Assembly (NCBI GenBank): GCA_036172245.1
Contig: JAYWIR010000130.1
Span: forward strand, 1 to 64,000
DNA length: 64,000 bases
From: Raillietiella orientalis
Lineage: Eukaryota
Direction of reading: 5' to 3'
Position 1 is the first letter of the stretch; each line of letters starts with the position of its first letter. The notes beneath the pieces are model-generated. The model saw only the letters and a program-made list of their open reading frames with translations, had not been told where the DNA came from and did no database searches. Shown here piece after piece: positions 25,679-37,560 of this stretch. A program made the translations under genes and the position numbers.

Positions 25679-28600
25679 GTTGCCACCCGGGTACGCCCAA
25701 GGCGTTTATTTATATACTCAACAATGCGTTGTACAAGGCCCCACCACGGTAATGGACACGCGACCTGTCAGGACACCGGGAAGCAGCCCGGCGTGATACC
25801 CCCCGACAGCAAAAAGGGATGGAGGAAAAACAAAAAGAAAAATGAAAGACATAAACAAACAAAAAAAGGTTTGGTGGGTTGGGAAGGGATTACCATAGAA
25901 TGTGAGGAAAGCCCATCCGTCGAAGGAATCCCTCCAGGTCTGTCCGCACAATTCCCAGATAAGGCCATCAGGCAGCTCTCCGCCAGAAGCGTACTGCGTG
26001 CTGGATGACGTCCCTCTCGTTCCAATCTTCATCTTTGCTGCTGGCATGGCTCCAAGCCGCCACGATAAATCGAACGCAGCACAGGGCTGCGAGGGCTGCT
26101 GCTGGCTGCAGGGTGTCCTGCACGGAGAGGGGGCGCAAAACGTCTCTAAGTGCACTGCCCTTAGGGAGCCCGAAAGTCTTCCCGAACCGTTCCCAAAGGG
26201 GTCGGAGGGCATCACAATCCAATAAAAGGTAGGGGAGCGATTCTTGCTCCCCACATCTGGCACACGCAGGATCCACAGCTCCTTTCGTCCAGTGGAATTG
26301 GCGTGCGTTGCAGGGTAGACCCCAGTGCAACAGCAGCAACGCCGACTCTTGCCACTTGAGGAGCAGGATCCGGGATTCCTTCATCACTGGGGGCAACTTG
26401 AGCTCTTTCCTGGGGATGGCGAGCAGCTCGCCTCATGACAAGATTCCACGCGGCTGGACGCTCGGGGTCGTAGCGTTTGCCAGTTGACCCATGGTCCAGC
26501 CGCTCATCTTATCCCTTCCCTCCAAGCAGCATGAAACTTGCCACCTTTGCGTCCGGCTGCGGTAAAGCGCCCTCCACAGGAAGGGCATCGCCGTAGCAAG
26601 GCAGATTGTCTCGGCCTACGTGCTTGTAGCAGGACTCTCCAAGAGAACCCGCAGCGTGCAGCGCGCGTATGGGCCGCATGGGAGACGATTCCACGTTTCG
26701 GGGCTTCTCTGTTTCACAACAGCCCAGGTGTTGATGTTTTCCTCCAGCCAAGCGGAGAAGTTGGCAGGGCTGCAAACCATCCAGCGGTTCTTTATGGCCA
26801 GGGTTGCCATGCGCATGTGCAGTAGGCCGCATCTTCGGATCTTCCGTCCGGGGCACAGAAAAAAAAAAGCAAGTCCCTCGCACCGGGACACACGGCTGGC
26901 GAGAAGGCGTGCCGAAATGCACCATGGGGTGCTCCATAGCTTAGCTGCGATGGCCAGGGTGCGCCATCGCAGCTGTATGTTTAGGCAGTCAAGCGTTAGG
27001 AGGCCAAGCTTGCCGTCCCGACGCGGAGCGCATAAGTCTTTTAGAGGCACACATGGCCTCCCGCTGCCCAAGAGGGCGATGCGGAGATAGTCTTTGGTAC
27101 TCTTATTCAACTCACGGAGGACGGGGCAAACAAAAAGCACGGGGTGGAGGATGGAAGTCGCGAACGCATTCCACATAGCGGCCCGTTCCGGTAGAAGGAA
27201 CTTGCCTTCCAAGAACGAATCGATTGCCAACAATACCTTTTGGAGACGACCTGACCAGGCTTCTGCGAGGCAGAAGTCCCCCAACGGAACACCCAGGTAC
27301 TTCAGGCACCTGACCGCGTGGATCCCCAAGCGGATCCAGTTAGGCCGTTCAGCCCACGTCGCCACCACCGGTACCACCGACGACTTCGCCTTGTTCACCC
27401 GCAATCCACTCCCACAACTTCACAGGTCGAAGAAGTCCTCGACTGCGGCTGCCGGGGCGGACATGGGCTACATCAGCAGGAGATCGTCGGCGTATGCTGG
27501 AACGGCGGGTGTGCCGGAACACGAGCTAGGCAAGGCAGCCAAGGTTGCCCTGTACGCTCTTAGCACCAAATCAAAGTAGGTGGTAAAGAGCAGGGGACTG
27601 AGGCTATCGCCGTGCCGTATGCCCCGCCGCACCGGCACGCCATACACCTGTTGACCTGAAAAACTCATATTAACAATGTCGTTGCGGCAGCAGCAGCGCA
27701 GGTAGGATAGAAATGAGGGTGGAAAGCCCATGCGACCCAGGAGCTCCAACAGTAGCTCCTGGTCCACGCAGTCAAACGCCTTATGCAGATTGACCGCGAT
27801 CGCTAGGGCACCTTTTCCTGCTTTTGTATCCATTCCCGGCCCTGCTGGAGGCCCTAAAGCTAAGTTGCCAATCTTGGCCCCAGTTCCGTTCGGACAACGC
27901 TGCACATGGTACCATGTGCACGCGAAGTACAGGTTGGCATCCATACTTCGCCTGGGAACAGCATATGCCTCTTCTGGGCTAATTATGGAGTTTGTCACCT
28001 GTCCTAAACGCAAAGCCCACAGCCCAGCAATCAGCTTGGCTTCACTATTAACAATTGTCATCGGACGCCAATTGCTGAGTTGTCTTAAGTCTCCTCCATT
28101 TGGGAGGAGCCTCACTCGGGCTGAACGAAACGAGGCGGGAAGGTTGCCTTCGTCGTGGATCAGCCCGGTCAACTGAAGCACCAGGGGTGCCAACTCTGTC
28201 GCGAAGCATCGGAAAAGCTCCGCTGGTAGGTCGTCCCCTACCGGCGCCATACGACTCTTCAGCCTTTTAATACCGGTAAGAATTTTGCCGGTAGTAAAAG
28301 GCTCGTCGAGGCTAATCATCTCTTCCTCCCCTATTTCCGGGGCTCCGTCCGGAAGCAGGAGCCGCAATGCATCCCTCTGTAAGGGTGCCCTGGCGTAAAG
28401 GGAGCAATAAAATCCCTGTACAAGGTGCCTGATCACGTTTGGGGCCGCGCGCTCCCGACCCTGGTCGTCCAGCAAGCTGGCCGACCCGGATTTCCAGGCT
28501 TGGCGCTCGGCCTTGGCTCGGTATTTTGCCAAACGACGGACGTTGGGGGTTCACTCGTACCGGCGGGCCTGTAAATAGGCCGAATGATTGCGACCCTTTT

Positions 28601-29019
28601 CCCCAAATCCGAAGGGAAGACGGTGCAAGGGGAACTAGTCGCAGAACTCCCAAACCGAGCCCTTAAATAGCTCCCAATCGGCGAATTTCCGGAGGGTGAC
28701 GCCTCTCAGGAATTGACATTGTTCTTTTGCAGATGAGAGTCGCATCCAGTCCCCAGAAAGCCGCCACGCTCTGGACGGGGGTCCCTTGTTACGCGGGCAC
28801 ACCTCGAAGATTTACCTGGAATGGTCCGAGAGCGTCGACGCAACTCTCCCCCGTTTGCCGACCCGTGAACACAGGTCGGCATCCAGGAAGACGTGATCTA
28901 TGCTTCGGTCGATTCCCTTCACGTCCACCAGGAAGTTGCGCGTGCGCATGGCAGCGCCCAACTCGTTGGCCGTGCGTTCTTTCGCTTGGGGCTCACCTGA
29001 AAGCAGACGGAGATTAAAG
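25679..29019 (-). mobile_element. Element K: ORF2 from the GDFN motif to the 3' end
   Basis: FNLRLL, IDH, SDH, NLHKAFD, YADD, CARCGEQESLPYLLLDC; 3' UTR homologous to N and W. Confidence 0.9.
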
Positions 29020-32000
29020 TTTGTCACCCGGTCACGCTGGGGCTTTATTAATAATAATAAACTAGTCAGGGACAATGTCCCCAACCAACAGAACGACAGG
29101 TGAACTGAGAGAAATTCTTGCACCGCAGGCCTGGTAAACCAATTGCTCGCAACCTGAGAGGAATAAAGGGATAACAAACAAAAATACAAAAACGGGAGGG
29201 AAGGGTAATGTGTCTTTGGTTAGGCTCCGTACTTAGGGGGATTCAAACGGAGAGCACATGGAATGATTTGGAGCCTGTTGGGATGCGGGTGTGAAGAGAA
29301 AGTACAGAATCAGTTCATGGAGGGTAGGGCAATGATCACTGTGTTGTCCGCTGCTGAGCTTGTGTAAACCGGTGGTGTATATCGGCGAGATTCCTTTTTG
29401 ACTCCTCTGTCAAATAAGGCCATCAAGCGGCTGCTTTCATGTGGAGGAATGCTTTGCTGAATACCTCTTGGTGCTGCACGTTGATTACCATCGCCTGGCG
29501 AACTGAAACTATTGCGCGTATGCAATTGATGGTTGCAATCCTTGCTCTTAGGGACATGCCGCTCGGCGTGAAGAATCGTCGAAGCAACTCTCTTGCGGTG
29601 TTCACGGGATGCATTAGTGCTGTTGTCAGCCTACGCCACGTTACTTCTAAGACACCTCAGTCCAGAAGTACGTGCGGGATCGACTCTGTCGACCCGCACC
29701 GAACGCAGTTCGCAGACGCAAGTCCCCCGGAGTCCCGATGCCAACGCTCGTTGCACTGAAAACCCCAGTGAACGAAAAGCAGCACGGCTCGTTTCCAAGC
29801 AGGGGAGAGCAGCGAAGTGTCAATACACTATGGAGGGACTACAAGTTCTACGGGGGTGACAGCAAGTTCTTCTGCCCACCGGAGGAGTCCCTTTTCAGTA
29901 ACACTAGGAGTGGCGGCGTCCGCCAACTCACTCCACTTCCTGGCGCCAAGGAGTTTCGATTTTCCCGCTATCGTGCAGGGAACCTCCCACCTCGCCGGTT
30001 GGCAACTGTCACTTATTGCCCTGAGGGCTTACTGCGCTGCGGCGAGAGGCGAAGCAGCCAGGGTAGAAAACTTCACCTCGATCTGCAGTTCTTCTTTCAA
30101 AGATCGCAAAAGAAGATGGCGCAGGGCGCGAAGATCTTCAAAGCGAATTCCTTGGAACGCCGGTTAGGATTCAACAGACTCCTGCCGTTAAGCTTCAAAG
30201 TTCATTGGGTGGCAGGAGATCCACGAATGGGCTTCCAGAAGTGCGGTCAACTTACCCAATGGAAGTCTAAACCTCGCTTCCTGTATTGGGTGTTTGGCAA
30301 AAACAAGAGCAGTCCTTTGCTTCCGGCGCATCTCCGCAGAAGAAAGCGTGCAGGCACACACAGGGGGGATGTCCAAAGCTAAGCACACAGTGCCAGCAGT
30401 CGAAACAGCACATGCAGTCTTATTCGCATCATTGTCAGGATACCCAAACCAAAATCCCGACGTGGAGCAGCCAATTCTTTAAAGAGGATCCTGGATCTCG
30501 TCGGACCACGGAGAACTTTCTAAGCAAGCGTTTAGCCAGCTGTTTTGCCGCATAGGAAGGGTCCAAAACAAAAAAGAGGGGGCGGAGTAGGGGGACCACA
30601 AAAATGTTCCAAATAGTCGCCCGTTCGTGCAGGGTAACCTTGCCGTTAATGAACGGGCTGACGGACAACTCTGCTTTCTGAAGGCAGTCTGAACACGCTT
30701 CGGCTACGCCGAGAGCGCCCGAAAAAACGCCAAGGTACTTAAAGTACCTGCTCGTTGGGATTCCCAGGCGGATCCAGTCTGATTGCCCCTCCCACGACGC
30801 TGATACCGAAAGGATCACTCTCTTCTCTCTGTTCACGCTGACGTGCGCTCCACGACGAACCAGGTCGAAGAATTCTTCGACACTGGACGCCGGGGTGGAC
30901 ATGGGGAGCAGAAGAAGCAGGTCATCAGCGTAGGCGACCACGGCAGGCGTTCCCGGGCAGGAGCTTGGCAAGTGAGACAGCGTCAGCCTGTATGCTGTAA
31001 GCATCAACTCAAAGAAGATGCTAAAGAGTAACGGGATTAAGCTATCACCTTGCCGAATGCCTCTGTGCACGGGAATACCGCACAAGAGGCAGCCGCTGAA
31101 ACTAATACAGGTGAGCGCGTGGCGCCAGCAAGCTCGCAAGTAAAGCAGAAGATGCTCCGGAAGTCCAAGGCGTTCCAGAATCTCCAAGAGCAGCACCTGG
31201 TTTACGCAGTCGAAAGCCTTGTGGAGGTCGACTGCGACCTCAAAGGCACCTGGAGTTTCCTCCTTCCTTCGGCGCCTGTTCTTATTGCCTACGGCTGGGA
31301 CTTTCACCTCAGCCAGGCTTTGTTGCGCCACGACTTCCTCCAGCTGCAACCAGGTACGCGCGAAAAGGATGTTCGCCTCCATGGATCGTCCGGGAGCAGC
31401 GTAGATTTGTTCCGGGCTCAACACAGATTCCGCGATACTTCCTAACCGCGCGACCCACAGCTTATAAAACAACTTGACGTCCGAGTTTACCAGGGTGATC
31501 AGACGCCAGTTGTCAAGTTGGCGCGAGTCTACGCCTTTCAGCAGGAGACGCAACTTCGCTAAGCGGCCCTCGCCTTGTACTCCGCGAGACGACCAACATC
31601 TGTGCGTCTAGAAAACGTGCGGGCCTGCAGAAAGTCTCTACAGTTGGCCACGCCTTCTCCGAAACCGCTTGGAAGCCGGTGTAAGGGGAATTGGCAGCAG
31701 AACTCGCGGACAGATCTTTTGAGATCGTCATAGTCCGCGAGTTCTTGAATGGCGAAGCCTCGAAGGTGTTCACGGAGATGCTCCGCAGCCTCCGGATGCC
31801 TAAGCTAATCCGCCTGCATCCTCCAGTTTTGCAACGGGGGCCGCTTGGCTGGCGGAGGGATCTCAAACTCCAACCTGTGGTGGTCAGAAAGCCTAGTCAA
31901 CAATCTTCCTCTTCTACCCACACGCGAATGCAGGTTTTTATCGAGGAAAACGTGATCGATCGATCTTTCCATTTCAGGTTCGCTGACCATCAAGTTGGCG

Positions 32001-34569
32001 GCGTGCACCGACGCGTACATCTCGATGGGCAGCGCGCGCTCACTGGGGCGGCCCAAATAGTCGGAGAGCAGACGGACGTTGAAGTTTCCAGCGACGAGTT
32101 GCGCCACTTGGAAGCCCGAGTTGTTGAGCCAGTGGCTCTGCACCTCACCAAAGAAAGCAACTCTTTCTTCGAGGTAGCGAGAGCCACTCGGCGCGTAGAC
32201 GTTCGTAACGACGAGATCGATGGACTCGGACCACTTGATGACAAGTTGGCCTACCCGTCCTTCGTCGTCAAAAGGAACACCACGCACCGCTTCCGCCATT
32301 TTTCCTTCTACGAGGAATGCGACCCTGAAGGTGTGGGCGTCGCTGCACCGCCAATGAAGCGTTCTGCTTGCGCGCTCCTCGATTTCGGCTGCCTGCTCGT
32401 CGGAGATTACGTGAATCTCCTGGAGGACCACCAGGTCGATGGGACGGAGGGTTTCGGCTACTGATCGCCTCTTTTCGTCGTTCTGCATTCCGTTTACGTT
32501 CCAACACGCGACAGACAGACGACGAGAAGACGCGATTCCCTGCATTACTGTTGTGAAGGCGGCGGCTTCTTGCTCGCTTTATCTGGCGAGCGGACGGCGT
32601 GCAGCATTACCGGTTGGAGGGGTTGCCTCCGTCCTTCGTCGTGCTGCATGCAGTTGAGGTGCCCACCTTATGTGTCTCCTTCTCGAATTTTGGAAGGTTT
32701 CAAGCTGCTTCGCGGTTGGAATCTCCCGCCTGCTGACCTTTATACGACGCGCCTCCGTTTCCGAAATAGTCACTTGACGTTCGGAAATCGGGTCGTTCTC
32801 CGATGCGGAGTCCGAATAGAGTTTGCGTGACTCGCTCTTCGCGGCACGCGAAGAGCAACGGCTGTCTTTTTTTGGACAGCGATCGTTTTTGCGCTCTTTG
32901 GTGATCGCTTTTCTCGAAAGCTGTTTTTACAGCTCGCGCGATGTCAGCATCAGGGCGCAATATTGGACAAGGAACTTTCGCGCGAGTCTTTTTCATCACT
33001 CGAGTGTTCTTTGCCTTGAGGAGCGCTCTCGACGGATGCTGTGGAGCGTTTTTTGGAGCTTTTTTCTCACCGCTCCTGTCCACCACCGTCCACTCGCTTT
33101 CCCCGTATTCGGAGGCGATCTCCTGTTACGCCGCGAAAACTATTGAGGTTAACTCCTCGGCCGTCAGCCGCGCTACGTGCGCGACTGCCGATAACGTCTC
33201 CGTCGGGGTCGCATTCTTCAGTCAGAAGCTTCCTCTCCGATCGTGCGCACGGAGAGCGTTTCTCCGCTGACGAGGTGCTGCCGCGAGGCGCGCGATTATT
33301 TTTTCCGGTTTTCGAATGCTGAACGAAGGACTCCTTTCTTTTTTGGCCATTGGGCTTTTTCGGCTTTGATGGAAGCAAGGTCAAGGAATGTTTATTTTCC
33401 ACTTGACCGCGATCGCCGTTTAGCGGTTCTTTTCCCTTTGCCTTCGTTGGGCTCTGGATTCAAACCGCGTTTCCGCGATCCTTGACACGAGCTCTGGAGT
33501 CGTCCTTTGAGCTTCCGCGCCATTTCTTCTGCACCTTCCCTGCCGCTAAGTGGGCGCGAGGGGCTTTAACGTTAAGAACCTCTGCTGCTGTCCGGCATTT
33601 CGCTTCGCATCGGAACGAGACTCAGCCCGTGCGCACTGTTTTTCCTCTGCCACGTTTCTTTTTTTCGCGACGTATTTCGCGCGCTGATGCTTTGCGGATG
33701 CCTTTTTTCTAGCAAGGTCCAAGCAATTCTTTAAGTTGTGCCCGGATTGCTTGCAATGACGGCATTTACTAGAAGGGCACTTTTGTGGATAATGCCCCTT
33801 TTCGCCGCCTCTTTCGCATGCTCGCGGCATGCCTGCATGCCACAAGTGAACGACCGTGTCGTTCACCTGCAGCTTAGAGGGTAGAAGCCGGCGGTCCGGC
33901 ATGGTTATTCGAACCGCGGCACTACCGCTGACGATGGATGGGAAGTCCTTAAGGGTGCTTCCAACATTCCACAGAGCATGGACCGTGGCGAATTTCGCTA
34001 ACACAGTCCTCAATTAGAGGTCGGAAGTTTCCGGTTCGATGCCGTAAAGCTTCGCCACGAACGACTCATCCATGGTAGACGGGAAGACCTTCTTACCACG
34101 GATGGACAAAGGAGTGCGCAGCAAGCGTTGCACAACAGCCACGTCTTTGCAGATCACTTTGAAATATCCCAAGCTTTTGATGGGCATAATGGCCAGAAGG
34201 TCTTCCTCCCGCACGCCAACACGGGTCAGTTCATCGTTGAACGGATTACCGTCGCGAACAGTAAAAAATCCACTGACCTGGTAGCGGATTGAGGGATTGT
34301 AGCCCTGAGCTACGTAGGCCTGCACCTTTGCCTCGTTGGGTGTTACCCCTTTGAAGGCTGCCGCGGCAGCAACGTCAGCAATACTTCTCGCCATTTGCGA
34401 GGCAGAAGAAGAGCAGATGGCCGTCGGTTCCTCCATTGCAGATCCGGATGCTAATCCTCCATCTTCAGAAGCTTCGGCTTGGGTCGCCCTCGTCTTCGAA
34501 ATGCACGACACCAGGATGAAGCGAATGAAAGCCCGGATACGAGAGCGAAGAAAAACACGTTCCGAACTC
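29020..34569 (-). mobile_element. Element L: near full-length copy (internal ORF2 deletion near 31560) nested in an APE GDFN motif
   Basis: 5' GGAACGTG 34556-34563; ORF1 VQAYVAQGYNPSIRY; TAATG 32543-32547; DLHKAFD, YADD; 3' AATAAA plus hairpin; GATTAAA (29012-29018) and GATTGAA (34570-34576) at the flanks. Confidence 0.9.
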
Positions 34570-34770
34570 GATTGAATTCTCTCGCTATCAGGTGCGCCCG
34601 TGGCACGCCTGCTTCGGCCGACCAGTCTCGCCGCAGGGCTTCGAGGAACGCAGTGCGTTCTCCGCGCCTGTGGCTGCTGCGGGGCGCGTACACGTTCGTG
34701 ACCACGAGGTCGATCGAGTTGGACCACTTGAGAACAAGTTGCCCAACTCGACCTTCCTCGTCGAACTGTA
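34570..34770 (-). mobile_element. APE fragment upstream of L (probable 5' continuation of K)
   Basis: QFDEEGRVGQLVLKW...NVYAP...AHLIAREFN. Confidence 0.8.
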
Positions 34771-37560
34771 CGGACATGTTTCTCCTGCACTCCTACCGCT
34801 TCGGCTTGAGAAGTCTTCTTTATTTTTTTTCGTCTGATAGAGTGTGTGGCGCATCGTCGGTGTCCCATGGCAGAAATGCCAGCGGACACCGCGATGGAGA
34901 TTGGAGTAGGAGAGGCTACTTCCTCTTTCCAACCCATGGTGGTAAGGGCGATCGCCTTCACGGAGGCGAGGGCATCAATCCCCGTGAAAAAGGGTGCAAG
35001 CGTGTCCTCGGAGCCATCCTCGCCAATGACGAGGACTTGGAGCGCCGTGGCTGCAGCACCATCCGCTGATGCCATGGCCGAACAAACAGCCTATAAAGAA
35101 CAAAGGTACAAGCCGTCTTTCATCTATAAGGTAGGCAATATCTTTGTTGGAAATACCGCTTGCAACTTTGAGAAAAAGTTGCAGCGGCTCAATGTTAAAG
35201 AAGAAGATTTGGAAGGTCTTTCAGTGTTAAGCGGTGGTCAGCGGGTGCAGTTGACTTGTAAGGATGGAAGCCTGGCTCAACGCTTGCTGAACACCCCCAT
35301 TACGCTCGAAGGCAGAAAGCTCTTCCCTGTAACTGAGGACTGCTCGGTAGTCGCGCACCTCACGGAAGTTACCCTGCGCATGTCGACGGAGGGCGTGCAG
35401 GAGGAACTGAGCATGTCATGCTGAGTTCTTCCGGCACGGTTCACGCGCTTTGGAGCAAGCCCAACGTCTTACAGTCCTATGGAAGGCTGTTTAGTGGCAT
35501 GGCAACAGCGCGTGTAACCGTGCATGAGAACGGTGAGTTACTTCACAATATAGACGTCGCCAACGAAAAGGTCGATATCTGGCACGTCAGGAAACCCGAG
35601 TTTTGTGGACATTGCAATGAGACAGGGCACCTGAAAAAACGGTGCCACCACATCGAGTGTTTCTCGTGCGCAGAAAAGGGCCACCTCCAGAAAATGTGCC
35701 TAAAGCGCGTAACTTTGGCTCGTCCCACTTTGAAAAAAGCTCAGAAGCACGTGTTGACAAAACTTTGAAGCCCAAGGAGGCTACAGCAAGGCGTAGTCAG
35801 AAGCAAGACCTAGAACCCTTTCAGCAAACGCCGGTCGAGAAAACTTTCGACGGCGCTGATAAGGAAGGCTGGCGGACGGTGAAGCAAAAGAAACCAAAGC
35901 ATACCGTAGCCACGAAAGCGGAGCCAGAGGCGAAACCTTTGAACAGGAGAGAGCGCCGCGCACTACTCCTTTGAAGCTCGGTCACTTTGGAGCGCGTGGA
36001 GGCCATAGAGGTCACTACCGGGGGAGATATCTCCCCCTCGTTTGCGTGGAAGCCGCGATCACCGAAGGATAACCCTCTCTGAAAACAGAGGTGGATCCTT
36101 CGACGCGCTGTCCGTAATCGAGGACGAAGCCTTCGAGCAGGCTGCGGAAGAGCTCGAGGCTTCACTCGTCAGCCACGAGATCCCTGCGCAAAAAGCCTTG
36201 AAAAGGCCGGCCGTGGTTAAGGCACCCGAAGAAGGTGATACTGATCCGGACGCCGGTATTGCGTCCTCCTTTGCTTAGGCGCCTCCAAAGAAGACCGGAC
36301 GCAAGTCTAAGAATCCTAGGAAGCGACTCCCGACAAAGAACGAGGGTGAGGACGCACCGGCAGTCGGGGGGGAGCCGACAGCATGGTAACGGAGGGAGCT
36401 AATATTTCACTCCCCGCTACCGAGCAGCTGTCAACCCCAATGGAGGTGGGGGAGTAGGTAGGTGACAACCTCCCACTTCCACCGACCGTCCCAGCAGGCG
36501 AATTGGACCTCATGGAGGAGGAAGCGCAGGTAGGAGATATCTGCATGCCCACCGCGATTAGGCCTGTATTCGAATCGGCCTCGATGGAGGAGGAAGAACC
36601 GGTGTGCGATGCAACCCCTCCTCCATCCGTCCCGCCCGATATGGTGAAGGTAACCGCACTGCCAAGTTTCCAGGATTAACCCCTGGGCTCGCTTGTCGCC
36701 AAAGGATCCGCGTGGCCTGTTGGAATGTCAACATGCTGCGCGACGACGGAACCAGGCGAGATACAGCCGACACCCTGCGAGAATTCGACCTAGCGCTTCT
36801 GCAGGAGAACCACGTGATCATTGCAAGAGAAGTCGAGGAGATCGAGAGGATCGCAGGGCGTCGGTTGTATTGGCGATGCGGAAACCGCAACACCTGCGGT
36901 GTCGCGATCTTTCTGAAGCCAGAATTCGACGACTCCGTGTGGAACGTACGCTTCGTTGGCAACGGTCGTGTTAGACAGATAATTCTATGCTGGTCTGACA
37001 CGATCGATCTCATCGTTTCTAACGTGTATGCTCCGAGCAGCAGCAAAGGATACGCGGAAAGAACTCAGTGCTTCCAGTACTTGAAGCGCGACTAGCTGAC
37101 AGATGCAGGAGTGCGCAAAGCTCACCTAATAGCCGGGGACTTAAACCTCCGCCTGCTCTCAGGTGCGTGCTGCACGCAAAAGAAAATGCCGATCGAGTTA
37201 TGCTCCGCCATGCGCGCGTGCAACTTGATGCAGGGACACCTGGAAATGGAGAACAGCATCGACTACGTTTTCCTCGACCACGACATGTTTACTCGAGTCG
37301 GTATACCAGGAAGGCTCCTGTCGACGCTGTCCGAACATTTCCGTATGAGGTTCGATGTCTGGCCACGCAATAAGGGACCCCCATTCTGGGCGTGGGGTCA
37401 ACCGGGGGATTAGACGAGGCTTCCAGGTGCGGCGGATCATCTCCGCCAATTCCTAAGAGACGTCACCCTCCGGAATCTCGAGGATAGGGACGTTTTCAAG
37501 CGTTCGGTCCGCGAGTTCTGTGAGGAGTTTCCCCTGGAACGCCTATTCTCCGGATTTAAG
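34771..37560 (+). mobile_element. Element M, 5' part: ORF1 (~34876-36679) and APE
   Basis: GGACATG 34772-34778; CGHCNETGHLKKRC, CFSCAEKGHLQKMC; ACWNVN, GDLN; ends REFCEEFPLERLFSGF. Confidence 0.9.
37551..37560 (+). repeat. Target-site duplication CGGATTTAAG (partner CGGATTTTAAG at 41765-41775)
   Basis: Flanks element N; both copies share AAG where other families have GGN. Confidence 0.8.

Noticed and set aside
25720..25810. Hammerhead or HDV-like ribozyme in the 3' UTRs
   Set aside because: No CUGANGA/GAAA core or convincing HDV topology by eye; reported only as a conserved structure
34014..35075. 353-aa ORF (and 53653-54696, 44394-45170) as novel fusion proteins
   Set aside because: They cross junctions between unrelated fragments, partly in antisense frames; chance open frames
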